Shown: positions 23,591 to 37,850, numbered from the stretch's first letter. The stretch is DNA of 64,000 nt from Octopus sinensis (GCF_006345805.1 NC_042999.1:26350001-26414000), one strand, 5' to 3'. Numbers and translations are program-made. Notes: generated by a model not told the origin, from the letters alone.

Positions 23591-24720
23591 GTATTTTGCT
23601 GCTAGCCGTCAGTCATGGCGGCTACCATGGGATTCGTTCAGACTCTGTCTCCCAAATCAACTCACAATGCTTTAGTCGGCCCAAGGTGCTACGAAGTGGG
23701 TTTAAACACAAACCAGGTGGCTGGAATGCAAACATCTTACTAAAGAACCACACTTACATATTTTTTTGTTTCCCATGATCTATACTTTTTATTTTCAGGA
23801 ACTTCTTGCCTTCCATCTGGCAACTCCTCTGCGCTCCCTGACACCCACAATACACTTACACTTACCCGCCATCCTCTCATATCTAAATTACTCCACGCTC
23901 TACATGCCCACGCTTGAACACTTCTACCCGCCTATACACACGCGAAGAAACCACATGCACCCCTTATCCCTACCACAAACTTACCTCTATGCTCATCTCC
24001 CCATACAGAGATACTCTCGTATACATTGTACACACCACTCTAGCTCGTCCTCTCTTCTTTAATCCCTTATATGACTACATTCTCACTTGTACCCTAAACT
24101 TTTTCCTTCTTCCTTCTTTTATTTCCCGCTGCTTTTCCTCTTTCACCATATATTTTCTGATGTATTTATTTTGTTTTTGGCTGATGAAGTGCTAGCGTTG
24201 GAATCGTGAAGACTTCTACCCTTAGTTTTAAAAGTTATGGTAAGGCATTTTAGACCGGTCCACGCATCGTTGTCTTCTCCTTTTGAACCTAGCCTTATAT
24301 ATAACATGCACATAACATAAAATATTACACGTATTATTCTGTCCAAAGTCCAGCCACAGTCCGCTTTCATTTTGCATATTAATTATCTTTCCTCTATGCT
24401 TAAGTAATCCTACAGATGTTTATTCATAAAGAATAAATCTGCTCCACAATCTTGATGCTAATGTTAGCTGCCACTTGTTTTTCAACTCGTTCAAATCCAC
24501 GTGGTTTGAATAAGTAGCATAAAACACCGTGGATTCTGTTGTAATGTTACCCTGGAAATCTTGTGCCTGGAGGACGAATGAAACCTAAATACACTTTGCT
24601 TCTATTATCTATGCACAAATAAAGATTGATACGTATTAACATCCCAGTATCTTCTGTATTTGTGGATATTGCCCTCAGAGTGGAGGTGATAACATATTCT
24701 ATATAGTAATTATATTTTAG

Positions 24721-25009
24721 GACCACTTCTGTTGAGGAATGGTAGCATTGAAGAACATATATACATGCAAATTCAAGGACTCAGGTGGGGGATTGTGAAT
24801 ATTAACATTTACGTATGTAAATGTTTATATTACTGCTGAACAGAATAGTTTCAATTTTAATCTGACCGGTGCATATCATAATGCTTACAACAAAACTGTA
24901 CCTGCAAATTATAACCGAAGGTCAAGCGTCTTTGTTAATCAAAGCGACAGCTTAGGTGACTACCAAATATATGCTAAACGATGTATTGCTGTGGTAATTA
25001 GCAGATTCG
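24721..25009 (+). pseudogene. Candidate exon of an extracellular (FN3-like) protein with one frameshift
   Basis: ttttag acceptor and G/gtgagt donor; 289 nt, one more than a symmetric phase-1 exon; PLLLRNGSIEEHIY… then …AEQNSFNFNLTGAYHNAYNKTVPANYNRRSS…. Confidence 0.35.
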
Positions 25010-26454
25010 GTGAGTATTGAGTTTACTATATGAACACATTAATATTCATGAGATAACTAAGAACTAAAGAGCACAGCTGTATCCACCACTAAACTGTCAG
25101 CATATATGGTTTGTAGGAAATGAATATTATATCAGTAAGATCAATATTGATTTTGCTTAGATATTTGACAACACTATGAATTCATTCGTGAGAGATTGTG
25201 AACTGTGTATACCTGACATAATAAATAAGTTTATATTTGTTTTATTATCTTGATTTTGAAAGCCTCACTCATATATAATGTCTTTACAATATTCCAAACA
25301 ATTAAAAATCTACAGGAACATTCTGTTTGCATAATCAAAACTGACCAGGGCTACAAAACCACAATATAAAGTATGACAGGGTGGCTAGATGTTGTTACAG
25401 TTATATATATATTTATGTTTGTGAGTGTATGTGTTCGTGTGCCGTGCCCTTGCAAACACATACTTTCATTCTTATAGCTATTCACATTGAATGACAAAAT
25501 GTTTACTATATGCAAATGTGTATAAATGGGTATATTGTGTGTGAGTGTGCATGTTTGTGTGTGTGGTCATGGAAAGATTAAGATGGAGCTTGAATCTATT
25601 TCTCATTCACACATTCTATAAGGCCAATGCCATGCTTAATTTTCAACTGCTATACACATACATAGTTCAAACACCTGCTATTACTATAAACTGCAAACAT
25701 GATTATGCTATCCTGAGTGACAGTTTGTACTGCAGGTCATCCTTGCAGTGAACCTCTTTCCAACAATGGTGGCGGAGTACAAAATATTTAGTTTAGAATT
25801 TACAGGAGGAAGATTAATGCTACCAACACGCTCTTTATGGTTTAACTTAAAGAGTATCAAGGGTGTCATTTATGATACACAAAAACAGATGCATGTAGTC
25901 AAAACATACCCATGGGACGTAGAAATTAAGTATACAAAGAATAGACGTTCAAGTTTTGTATCACTCAAGAAGAAAGATTGACTAGATGAATATCGACATC
26001 ATTATCTTTTATATCTATCCTACCGTCAATAATTTGTACTACAAATACATCAGAGCTGATGATAATATCGCCTACGTTGGTGGCTCAAAATTAAGGTTAC
26101 AAAACAAGACTTTAGCTGTCTTGGAAATTATAGGAATCAGAACTGTCCGCATTCAAAGCCACTATATGCCGTACGATTTTTATAGTTTTATTACTATACT
26201 ACTTCGTATATTTGAAACAAATTAAGTGAAGAAAAGGGGTTATGTGACAATGGTGTTAACGACGTAATTCACGATGGTCCCGAAACAGTTGCTCAGATAA
26301 TCTATTGAATAACTCCTTTCATTTAATTTATTTCTATTTTCCGAACTCTTCATTTTGTATTCCATGTAAATTTTTGCATTAACCTTATTTTTGCTCTAGC
26401 CTTACTACTTTCATACCAACTCAGCGGGTATCATTCTTAATGAAGGAGTTGGAT

Positions 26455-26605
26455 ATAGAAACATACATAAATGCCTACCTACCTACCTACCTACCTACCT
26501 ACCTACCTACCTACCTACCTACCTACCTACCTACCTACCTACCTACCTACCTACCTACCTACATACCTACCTACCTACCTACCTACCTGCCTGCCTACAT
26601 ACGTA
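26455..26605. repeat. (TACC)n microsatellite
   Basis: Direct reading. Confidence 0.95.
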
Positions 26606-26779
26606 CATACAGTTGGATAGATAGACAAATATAACAAAATAATTTGATAAAAAATGTGAATTTTTAATTATTTTCTGAGATTTTACAAAAGCAACAAAAA
26701 CAACAAAAATACATACATACACACATTCATACATACATACAACTATTGGGACACTGAAACACCATCTTCGGCAGAGGAA

Positions 26780-27620
26780 AAAGATCAGGAATTATCTTGC
26801 CCTAGTTTGTGACCATAAAATCAGAAATATAATTCGGATAGCTAATAAAGTTGAAGAGTAGTATGAAATAAGAGTTAATACAGATCTCTCCTCGGGGATC
26901 ATTGGTAAAATCTATTTATCATAAGGACAGAATAAAAGAACATCAAGAAGTTCATTAAGAGATAATACAAGGGCATTGGGCACGTAAAACACACATCATA
27001 GAAGTGAGTGTTGATATCAAATGCTTGGAATGGACTACAGATAAATTTATGACAGATACATGTATGACATCAAAGGTTATCTCCATGCAATTCAAGCACA
27101 AGAGATACCCACCAAGTACCTATAGCATAAAAGCACACAGCATTGAAATACAACAAATGTAGACTGTAAGATCAAGATGAAGATATCAACCACATTATAG
27201 CCAACTATGAGAGCTTGTATTCCAGATATTATCTTCCTGTGAGGTATGATGTAGGGTCTAAAACAGTCTGCAATAGGATAACAAAAACGTAAAGCGTACT
27301 GACTATGATGGCCATATTTAGACCGATGGATAGAAAGAATATTCGTCGAATTGAAACTTTAAAACCAATATAAAATTAAAGCACAACCCAGATATTGCTG
27401 TGAGGGACCACGAAGAAACGGTAAGTTCTCTTGTGGAAATCGGTTGCTCTCAGGACACTAATATGATTAGAAAAATACAAGAGTAATAGGACACGTATAG
27501 GCCATTGATAATTCAGTAGACAAGATTCATTTTCATACCTATTACTAGTGGAGCAACAAGATACATACCAACTTGTCTTGAGCCATGTTTGGCTGAAAAC
27601 ATCCTTAATTCATACGCTAC
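26780..27620 (+). mobile_element. Decayed R4/Dong-type LINE C-terminal region
   Basis: GYLHAIQAQEIPTKYL…CRL…DINHII and KHNPDIAVRD…VEIGC.QDTN…IPITSGATR motifs. Confidence 0.7.
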
Positions 27621-27721
27621 AAATGATCACGATATCTGCGAATATAAAAATAAGCAAGACCTTCAAATGATTTAAAAATTATTCTAAATTAAAAAGTGAA
27701 AGAGAAGATACATCTACACGT

Positions 27722-27784
27722 ACATGCATTCATACATACATACATACATACATACATACATACATACATACATACATACATACA

Positions 27785-27816
<32 letters not shown>

Positions 27817-27870
27817 CATACATACATACATACATACATACATACATACATACATACATACATACATGCA
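27722..27870. repeat. (TACA)n microsatellite
   Basis: Direct reading. Confidence 0.95.
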
Positions 27871-28059
27871 TATATACACAGATATATAGTTTTAAAAAAT
27901 CTATAATATATGGCTTCCGATATTCCAAAAACAAACTAGCTCAAGTTCGCCCCAAAGATCACAAAATTCATAAGATTTCAACGACATACACCACTCGCTG
28001 GTAAGTATATACTTTCTAAAATGGATAAAAAAAGTCTAGAATACAGAATTCTTTCGCAA

Positions 28060-28264
28060 TCCAGAATTCTTTCGCAATATCGCGGTTTATTATTTAAGCT
28101 TACATCGATTTCTCCGTGGGGTTGTTTTGCATTTATAATAAAATAAATATATACAAATTATAAAAATAATGATAAAAAATATACAGTACAGTACTGTTGC
28201 TACTTCGCGGACTTTCAAGTGTTGTTTTGGAACCTAACACTCGCAATAGTCAAGGGATTATTGT
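28060..28264. mobile_element. Degenerate pogo/Tigger-like MITE fragment
   Basis: tcgcgg motifs and terminal gggattattgTA resemble pogo-type ends; the left TIR is unclear. Confidence 0.3.
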
Positions 28265-28369
28265 AATTGCATTCGTAAATGGTAGATGACCTGTCATCTC
28301 TACAGGGGATTTGGTTTTGTGTCCTACGGGCTGCCTTCAATAATATTTACAGGCTGTTAATTTAGCTTA

Positions 28370-28439
<70 letters not shown>

Positions 28440-28447
28440 AACATACA

Positions 28448-28511
<64 letters not shown>

Positions 28512-29553
28512 CATCTATCTATCTATCTATCTCTATATATATATATATGCATGCATTCATGCATACTTCTATTATACAAAGAATTATATGATTTACATTT
28601 ATTTGTATAGAAGTTCAAATCTAATACTCTCAAATTTAACATTTCACTTTCAACATATTTTCGCTATGAATTGAGCCATACTTTAAATGCTTTGTCGCAC
28701 ATCGTAACTTACAATTCATTAACATTAAGGCGACAGTGATATTGCTGTACATGAAATAAGTTTTCCTCGGGTCAGTGTATAGTTGAACTTCTAATGGAAC
28801 GTGGGAAAGATATTTATTCACTTTTATATTTAGAATGTCAGATTGTCAGCTCACTCGATTTAAATAATCAAGTATGTCACTAATGTTACACTGATTTATA
28901 TTCGATGACACTCAACACTTCCTGTTCGAAAGTACTCGGTTTATTATTTATCTGAAATATTGTGGGGAAAATGTTATTTTGTAGAGGGAGAAAGAAGTCA
29001 TAAATTAGCTACACATTATTGTTGGATAAATATGAAATTTTGTATCGCTTCAAGAGTGCAAAATCACAATGTATTTTTTCACTATAACTTCCTTGGCTGA
29101 AGGAGCTAGTAAATATTTTAGAAACCATTAAAATAACTTGCCTCATATATCACCGCTTTGTATTATAGTGTAGAAATATGAAAAGTAAAATAAAAGAATA
29201 GAGAAACATATAATTTACGTTCAGAATACAAGCACATCAGGAAATTTGCATTGCGTGTTGTTTATTTTCTTCGAGAACATAATAAAATATATTATACAAA
29301 TACACTACCACCCTTATTCAGTAAGTAGAAATCTAAATAATTTGCGGTTTGCAGTATTCACATCAACTCTATCTCTGACTGCACGATTTTATCGTAATAA
29401 AGGTGCATATCATGTAGAAGTGCATGTTGTGATTTTTAAAGAAATAGAGAAGTTATTGAGTATTTGTGACAGGAAAAATATCTATATAAGCAAGATATAT
29501 TTACGTAGAATAAAAGATATAAATCTCTCTCCTTCTCTCTTTCACACACACAA

Positions 29554-29595
<42 letters not shown>

Positions 29596-29764
29596 ACACA
29601 CTCACACACATATTTATATATATACATGCATACACAGACATAATACACATATTATGAGAGAATAGAGAGGTGTGGGCATAATAATAATGCTTTCAATACA
29701 AATTATCACAATGTACAAATAAAGAAATGGTGGATTATTCAACACTATCATTTCTACAGTAGTT

Positions 29765-29805
29765 GAAGTAGCAGCAGCAGCAGCGGCAGCAACAGTGGCA
29801 CAGCA

Positions 29806-29904
<99 letters not shown>

Positions 29905-29915
29905 CAGTAGTAGTC
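29765..29915. repeat. Compound (CAG)n(TAG)n microsatellite
   Basis: Direct reading. Confidence 0.95.
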
Positions 29916-32269
29916 GTTGTGGTTATGATAATGGTGGTTATTATATTGAGTGTATCCATTTTTTATCCATCTCTTATGATGAACAGTATTCTTTCTGAAA
30001 TATCAGTTGAATACCAACGGTAAAACGTTAGAATAATATAGGAAAGACACAAACCGTACTGGTTTCACTGTTATGTTTATATTCACCAGATTATCTATGT
30101 TTATGTTGACTTTCGCTTCAAATAAATTTGTTCAACCCTGTACCAGAAAGAGTACCCACCGCACTAATATTTTTGTTGCATATTTAAATCTTTGAATGTA
30201 AAATGCTACATCTGCTTATACAGGTGTATAAGTGTATACAAACACGCTCACTCATGCACACACACACACACATATATATATATTTATGTTTGTGAATATA
30301 TATAGATATGAATATGCCGACGTACCTTTACACACGCACAAGCACAGATGCCAGAAGATTTTACACAATAAGTATTGTAACGCAAATTTGCATGCATCAC
30401 TGGAGGTCATCTGAGTCGCGATTTTTATGGTGCTTAGGCTGAGAGTACAAAGACAACTTTATACATGAGGTTAATACGTCACAATTATAACTCCTGTTGC
30501 TACTCGTACTCATTTTCAGCTGATTCATGAAGCAAGAGCAATTTAATGCTCTCTAATAAGTGGCAACGTACTTGATTCTATTACCAAGCTCACGCCCGTG
30601 TACCCAATGTTCAAAGGCATTAGGCCAGGCACCTTCTCTTCAAAGTATATTGTATGTGATATATATGGTTCAAAACATTACTGATACAGAATTAGATATT
30701 TCGAGTAGAGTTAAACAAAATTACGCTGTTCACTTGAGTTTTGAGCGATTCCTTCGTACGCGAGTCACATGGCCGGGGCTATGTTACAGAATAATTTATG
30801 AGCCCCAGGCTCATAAATCAATGAAGATGGAGTTTGTTTTGAAATTTATTTGGTCGAAGCTTGTAGAACCAAACTTGTTAGGATGAAGAGAAAAGGATGA
30901 AGAGAAAAGTCAAGAGAAGTTACTATTTTGGTTTCACAGACTACTAAATTTATGGGGTTATCAATTGTATTTTAGCTAGCATTCATAGTTTTCGCATTAA
31001 AGTGTTGGTGCTATATATGTACTTTATATTTTGCAGTTGAAGATGCCATCAATTATTTTTCTTAAAAAAGGGTTTCCTATTGGTGTAGCTCAATTTCATG
31101 ATTAAGGGTTAATGTCTCATAAGTTGATTTAGATTAAAATTTAATAATCTAATATCTAATACTATAAGATGAGGGTATAATTCACCACGTGAAACCGAGT
31201 TTAAATACCTCATTATCAACAATTTTCCGACACATACAAGAAATTAGTTAACATCCAGTTGAGAATGAGGAAATAACAACACGAGAAAAACAAATAATAG
31301 ATAGCGACGCAGCTTAACTTTCATTTAATTACTAGTAAGGAAGAAGGGAAAGGCACTTTTAACGTTTTGACCAGACGTCATCGGAGAAAAGACGTGCTGG
31401 GAAAGAAAAAAAGAATATAAGGAACACAATACTTCTTTAATGATATTACAAAATTTCATGGCAGACAAATGGGGAAAAGATTACAGAGTGAGATATCATT
31501 ATTTTGCTTGTATCTAGACGATTGCAAACAGTTAGATACCTGATAACGTGATTCAATGGAATTGTTAATGCGAAGAATAATTCATCTCGCTATAATTTTG
31601 CCTCCTAGAGAAATGTGTACCTTCATCCCTCGGCTTTAGCCAGTTTATTATCGCCAGATCCATCCTTTTATACCTGCTGTGATTTTAGTTTTGCTCACGT
31701 GAATTTGATTGTCTCGATCGTTGTTATTTGCCTTTTAAACTTAGATATTCCAGTTTGGGTTTATAACAATTTAATCAAATAAAAATACAGTAATCTACAA
31801 TACAAACCAAGATTGTTAAATTGTAGGCAAAAGTAAATTTCAACACAATAACAGTTTTATGCAGCGGGTTGCTACAGTCTCGACTAACTAAAACTAACAC
31901 TGAACACGTTGTGCCGTAAACAGAACAGAACTCTGCGCAGTTGCACTGCAGGCAAGTATCAGCAATCGAGACAATCAAAGTCACGTGATCAAAACTAAAA
32001 TCACAACTGAGAAATAGAACAATTAACCAACAAAATACAAAATACAAACATAACCATGAGCCAATCACAATAACGTAATAATGAGGTATTTCATCATCAA
32101 TCATAAATTTAACCTATCAGGAACTTTTTTTGCTCTGGATGAACGCCAGTGCAAAGTAGTTTGAGGTTCTGGTTCCTGAACTGGTGTAGGTGGGACAGAG
32201 TCAATCACGGTGTCTGGACACCACCACGGTGTTCATGCACTTGAATAGGATCAGTGTCTGCAGCATCAC

Positions 32270-32720
32270 TTTGATCCTAACTTGACTGATGCTTCTCATT
32301 TGTTTTGCCAGTAGGAACTAAATCTCTAATGGACACAGTACTTTCACATCCATCTGGGTACTGTACCCTCCCATGGTTAGGGTTAATTTGTACCAATTGG
32401 GTTTCATCTTCTAACAGATCATACTTATTGCGTATATGTCGTTTAACAAACGTTTTGTCAGGTCCTTGCATTAACCAAGTAGGAACGTAAATACCACACA
32501 TAAAATGTCTAAGAAATTTACAGAATCTCTCAAGCGGGGTTTCAATAGTTGCCTGGCATAATAATGAACGTTGCGAATGTAAAACTTATGGAATCACGAC
32601 TTCCCATTGGAAACCAGTAAATGTCTGCTACGTAAGGCTAATTTAATGGAATTCCATATTACTCCATTATACCTTTCACTGTCATGTAATCTTGTGAAGA
32701 CTTAAACAAAAACATTCCAT
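32270..32720 (-). mobile_element. Gypsy/Ty3 integrase C-terminal remnant
   Basis: ERYNGVIWNSIKLALRSR…WEVVIP…ETPLERF, then PTWLMQGP..FVKRHIRNKYD…NPNHGRVQYPDGCESTVSIRDLVP. Confidence 0.75.
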
Positions 32721-33538
32721 GAGAACTGGAACTGGAATACGAGCGCAAGTACACTGAAGGCTGGCTGCAGTGTTTCAAGGATCGACAGAGGTTAAAGTTT
32801 CGTGCCGTGTGTGGCGGAAAATGATCCGCTGAGAATGTAGTTATTGTTCATCATTCTAACCAAGAAATTGGTTGTAAATCCCCCGCAGTAAGAGAATGAG
32901 GAAGATATAAGAGAAAGAGTTTCTGTTGATCGGTTAATTTAATTAACAGGTGGAAGGCTAGAAGGTCTAGAACAACGCAATTGTATAAGTGAGCAAGAAA
33001 TAATGAGCATTTATATGCTGCAAGATAAACTGATCAAAGAAAGGCCAACATATGCAAAATAGTTAGCTTGCATGGTATGCTGAAAAAATAGCAAGAAAGT
33101 GAACAATGGAAGAGTCATCGCTTGAAAATCCAATACCACTATCACTATCAGTTTCTGATAGTTCACTCACCTTACAAGATAATAATGATGGGAGTCTGGA
33201 CAGCCCTTCACCTCAAGAAGATACCAACACTGATATCTCGTCGTCTCAATGATGATCTTTATGTATGTCATCAAAATTATAGTACCAGTACTTTACCACG
33301 CCTTTTATCAAGGCTTTATTATAATTACATTTAATTTCAATTGATTTAATTTCACTAAAATTTCCTTTATTTCCCTTTTCCTTATTAACCAATAGATTTA
33401 CAGGATATTATACCAAACCTAATCTAATCTAAGCTACCCTGCATCGATAATCGGGCAAAATCTCTAATCCGGTACTCTCCAGGTCTAAACGATGCCGGAT
33501 TAGCGATTGTATATATATATGTATATATATATATATAT

Positions 33539-33966
33539 ATTTAACAATTAAGGAATGGCCTTAAAAGGCCATTCGTCCACTAGAAAGAGCAGCCAGGACT
33601 CAAACCGCTAAGTAGTAGTAATTCAGAAATTAGGTGAAAATTTAAAAACGTTTACCCTAATTCATCTTTAGTCGATGCATCGTTTCAGTGTTTTTAATTG
33701 TAAACCTGCTTAATTAAATTAAATTAAGTCAATCTACCATAGGTTACACTGATGAAGTGTAACCTATGGTAGATTGACTTAATTTAATTTAATTAAGCAG
33801 GTTTACCATTAAAAACACTGAAACGATGCATCGACTAAAGATGAATTAGGGTGAACGTTTTTAAATTTTCACTAATTTCTGAATTACTACTACTTAGCGG
33901 TTTGAGTCCTGGCTGCTCTTTCTAGTGGACGAATGGCCTTTTAAGGCCATTCCTTAATTGTTAAAT
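33539..33966. repeat. Fold-back palindrome, ~212-bp arms, 5-nt loop GATGA
   Basis: 33539-33750 versus 33756-33966 with about 3 differences; preceded by (TA)n. Confidence 0.95.
33748..33840 (+). ncRNA. Hammerhead motif with inactivated triplet (GAC) and missing helix I 5' strand
   Basis: CUGAUGA, helix II AGUGU…ACACU with a long structured loop, GAAA, palindromic CGAUGCAUCG, AC. Confidence 0.7.
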
Positions 33967-34095
33967 TTATATATTTAGTCTTTGACTATTTTCTCTTTCC
34001 CACTAGACCGCTGGTAGCGATAAATTTCTATTGAATTTTTTGCTACCCTAAATTGATTAATATATATATATATATACTAAAACCGGTGATTGTCG

Positions 34096-34136
34096 TGCGC
34101 TGAGGACGGGTCAATACGCAGAAACTGCAGTACTGA
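34096..34136 (+). ncRNA. Minimal hammerhead motif with weak helix I
   Basis: CUGAGGA-CGGGUCAAUACGCA-GAAA-CUGCAG-UA. Confidence 0.55.
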
Positions 34137-34183
34137 AATGTTTTTATAAAATTGTTTTAGCATTTTCTATCCAGACTTGTTTT

Positions 34184-34224
<41 letters not shown>

Positions 34225-36299
34225 GTTATATATTTGTTTATACAAGTCACTAGAAGGTATGGGAATGTGATGTTAGTTGTTGAATGTGTTTGGTTATGTG
34301 CCAATCTTTTGCAGTTATGTAAAATAATTAAACACGTCATTAATAATATATCTCCCCTATTCAATTTGTTGTCACTTGTCAAAACATGTTTTCAATTATT
34401 TCTCAATTATGTATTCCCAAATCACTTCAAACAATTCTATTTTGACTTTTCTGCGTATCTTTTCCTTCTCTTGTGAATTTCGTGCAATTTTCTAGCTTGA
34501 AAATATCTCATTTTTAGTAAAAATTACAGGTATGGTTTCCCATCGGAGTTGATTTACATTGCGCACTAAAGTAATTTAAATATATCCATGCTAAAACTAC
34601 CTGTCTTATTTCTAATAAAGTACTGTGAGTTAAGAAATAAACTTGATTGATGATTTTACTGTAATTATATTTTCTTCATTAGATCTTTGCCGTAATTTAA
34701 TCAAATTTTTGACAAAATACGTGTACTACATATGAGACGAATATATAGTTTATATGTGTGTCAGATTAAAAGAAAATTTACTAAGGCTAACTCCTCAGAT
34801 GTGCCATCCGCCTGAACAATATCAGTTAAATTTTTATTGATATATTTGTTATGGCGAGCATTGAAAATCTGAATTAAAATATTCATGTGACTAATTTTAT
34901 ATTAAGTATTCTCGCAATTTGCTAGAAAACGGCAGACGTGATTGGGCATTATTGATAAACCGCAGTGAAGCAAATATTTCAATATTAATGCTGCTGTAAT
35001 TTAGCAGACACACCATTACTAATTAGACGCTTAATACAAGACACAAATTGACGTTACGAATTTGTACCTTTAAATAAGATTTTATTGAGATTGGTACGTG
35101 TCTGTTTTCGTATTTCAAGTCTGAGAGTGGGATATCTTTCTCTTGTGCAAAGAACCCCGTCTTTCTTGATATTTTAAATTAAATCGGTGTCTGAAACACC
35201 TTCGCTGACATATTAAACCCAAATATAGTGAAAACTCATGTTTTCATTCATTTACATTTTTCTGCGATTATAATACAATTAGAGTTAAGTAACACACTTC
35301 AAGAGAGTTAAGCATTTATTGATCCCAGTACATATATCAGCAACGTCATATTACTACTGAGCTATATCTATATCGTCTGATCATATCAGTAGGCAGACGA
35401 TATATCAGTGAAAATTTTCACTTATATATTCCTTCTGAAGTATTCATTTTTCAACCAGTAGGGCTCTCTGCCCAACGTGCGTTCTTCAATTCACATTCTA
35501 GGAAATTGTTATGCGATATGAAGAGATATATTAATGTATGGATTCTCGCTGTTCTGCAAGCAGACCCGAAAACAAAATGTATGTTTACACTAAATCTTAC
35601 TTCCCGTCACGTAAGTAGTAATACACGTGTATAAAAGTAAGTACATTGAGCCTCTATGACTGTTTCCACTGATTCTAATATGGCTTCTCCTCATATCTAT
35701 ATATTTATATTAAACTGATTTCAAAAGTAGGTAGCAGATTTCTATAGAGAGCGTAGTACACAAAATGACTCAATATATTTTCAAAGAATGAAGGACGAAG
35801 TCCTATGTGATGTGCCTTGAACTCGCAGTGTACTGTGATGTACTTCAATTTTTGAACACATTGTGTACAACAATCGATTGTACCAATACCTGCACTTTCC
35901 CAACATGTTTATGTAATATCCTGTTTAGGCACAGCACTAGTGTATTTCAAAACTCTAAGCACAGAGACTGTTCGTTTTCTTTCTGGCGAAATAAACTACC
36001 CAAATTCATAAAGCTCGAATAGGAAATGGAATATAAGAGGTCATTGAAATACTCAGATTATTGAAATCCAAACATAAATTCGATCATAATTTTAAAAAAT
36101 ATACAAAGCCAAAAACATCCTGTTCAAAACTATAACGCCATGTTAAATAAGTTTGGAAAAAGGATGCAAAGCAGGGAAACTATGATATATTTCAATGATA
36201 TTCTCATGTAAAAGATCAGACATAGTGCGTCTGACCATCATCTTTCTGAATTGCTTCAAAAACAGGCTATTTTATGCTCGCAATCAATTTTGCACTAGA

Positions 36300-37200
36300 T
36301 CAGGTGGAAGCTTCTCCAACGCCTTCTTGAATGTCGCTTCATGATCAAGAGAGGAATACTGCTTGTCTTCGCTGCACACCAAAATTCGTGAGATATCCCA
36401 AGTCGTTCTCTATAGGATTAAAGTCGGGACTTCTTGTTGGACATAGCCTGACGTCAACCCCGGTTGCATGGAGGACATTTAAAGTTGCGTCTGCTCTATG
36501 AATAGGAGCGTTGTCCTGAAGAATTATAACGTTCACGTCACAAAGCCTTCTTCCTTCGTCAATGTGAGCTCCGTCCACATTACCGGCGTATCGCGCAGCA
36601 TTACCTCGGCCATCCATGATGACACATGGTGGCTCCCCACTGACTGATAATTCTCTCTACGCCATACGACCTCTTCCACTTTTCTGCCGGTTGGTATAAG
36701 TAAAATTTCGTATGCATTTATCTGTCCAGTAATACTTATAACAATCGGAGCCATCCAGATTCCATTTTTCTGATCAGAGAGCAGAACCCTGCTCCATTCA
36801 CCACTGATGCTGTGGAGCAAACTTCAATCTAACGGCTTTGTTGGAAGGCGACAATAACGGACGTCATATCTCCTTCATCAAGTAGAAACCAAGCTTCAAA
36901 TTACTCTTCTTACGGTGGATGTCGATGCTCCTACTCTTGCGGATTCCTTGATTTTGAAACAGAAAAGCCGCGTGAATTCTTCACTGCTCTGAAAATTGTC
37001 CTTTCATCCCTTTCCGGATGCAGTCTAGGGACGTCCACCAGCAGGGACCCTATTGTAACCGTCAGGAGGTTTCAGAAAATTGTCCACTGACGTTCTGCTT
37101 TGCTGATTCTCACCGGCAATCTTCCGGTTACCCATTCTTTCCTATTTCAATGCAAGAATTTTTCTCTTACTCAATTTCGTAAATCTTTGTAGTTATGAGC
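36300..37200 (-). mobile_element. Decayed Tc1-like transposase
   Basis: VLLSDQK..IWMAP, ILQDNAPIHRA and PTRSPDFNPIEN motifs. Confidence 0.8.
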
Positions 37201-37409
37201 ATACTCGTAATTCAATGAGGATCACGATGAATGTGACTGAGTCTAATATTTTCCGAAACAATCTGGAAAGAAATGAAAATATATTAGTGGCTTTATAGTT
37301 CTGAAGTGTTGATATGCTAGGGAAAATTAGAAAGTCTGGTGCTGTAATGTAATATTACAGGTACAAGATTTTTTACATTTCAATGTATTCACGAAATACC
37401 AATTTACAA

Positions 37410-37628
37410 TACTCTTTTACTCTTTTACTTGTTTCAGTCATTTGACTGTGGCCATGCGGGAGCAGTGACTTAAGTCGAGGAAATCAACCCCAGGACATAT
37501 TCTTTGTAAGCCTAGTACTTCCTCTCTCGGTCTCTTTTGCTGAACCGCTAAGTTACGGGGACGTAAACACACCAGCATCGATTGTCAAGAGATGTTGGGG
37601 GACAAACACAGACACACAAACATATACG

Positions 37629-37705
<77 letters not shown>

Positions 37706-37850
37706 TATATACGACGGATTTCTTTCAGTTTCCGTCTACCATATCCACTTACAAGGCTTTGGTCGGCCTGAGGCTGTAGTAGAAGGCACTTGCCCAAGGT
37801 GCCACGCAGTGGGACTGAACCCGGAACCATGTGGCTCGTAAGCAAGCTAC
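37410..37850 (-). mobile_element. SINE family A, near full length
   Basis: Collinear with 18519-18930. Confidence 0.85.

Noticed and set aside
26045-26110. CUGAUGA at 26056 within a tiny CATCAG/CTGATG hairpin
   Set aside because: No GAAA partner, and a 6-bp hairpin is expected by chance.
30521-30644. Possible exon (ttttcag … gt)
   Set aside because: All frames from the acceptor hit stops early, and there is no recognisable domain.
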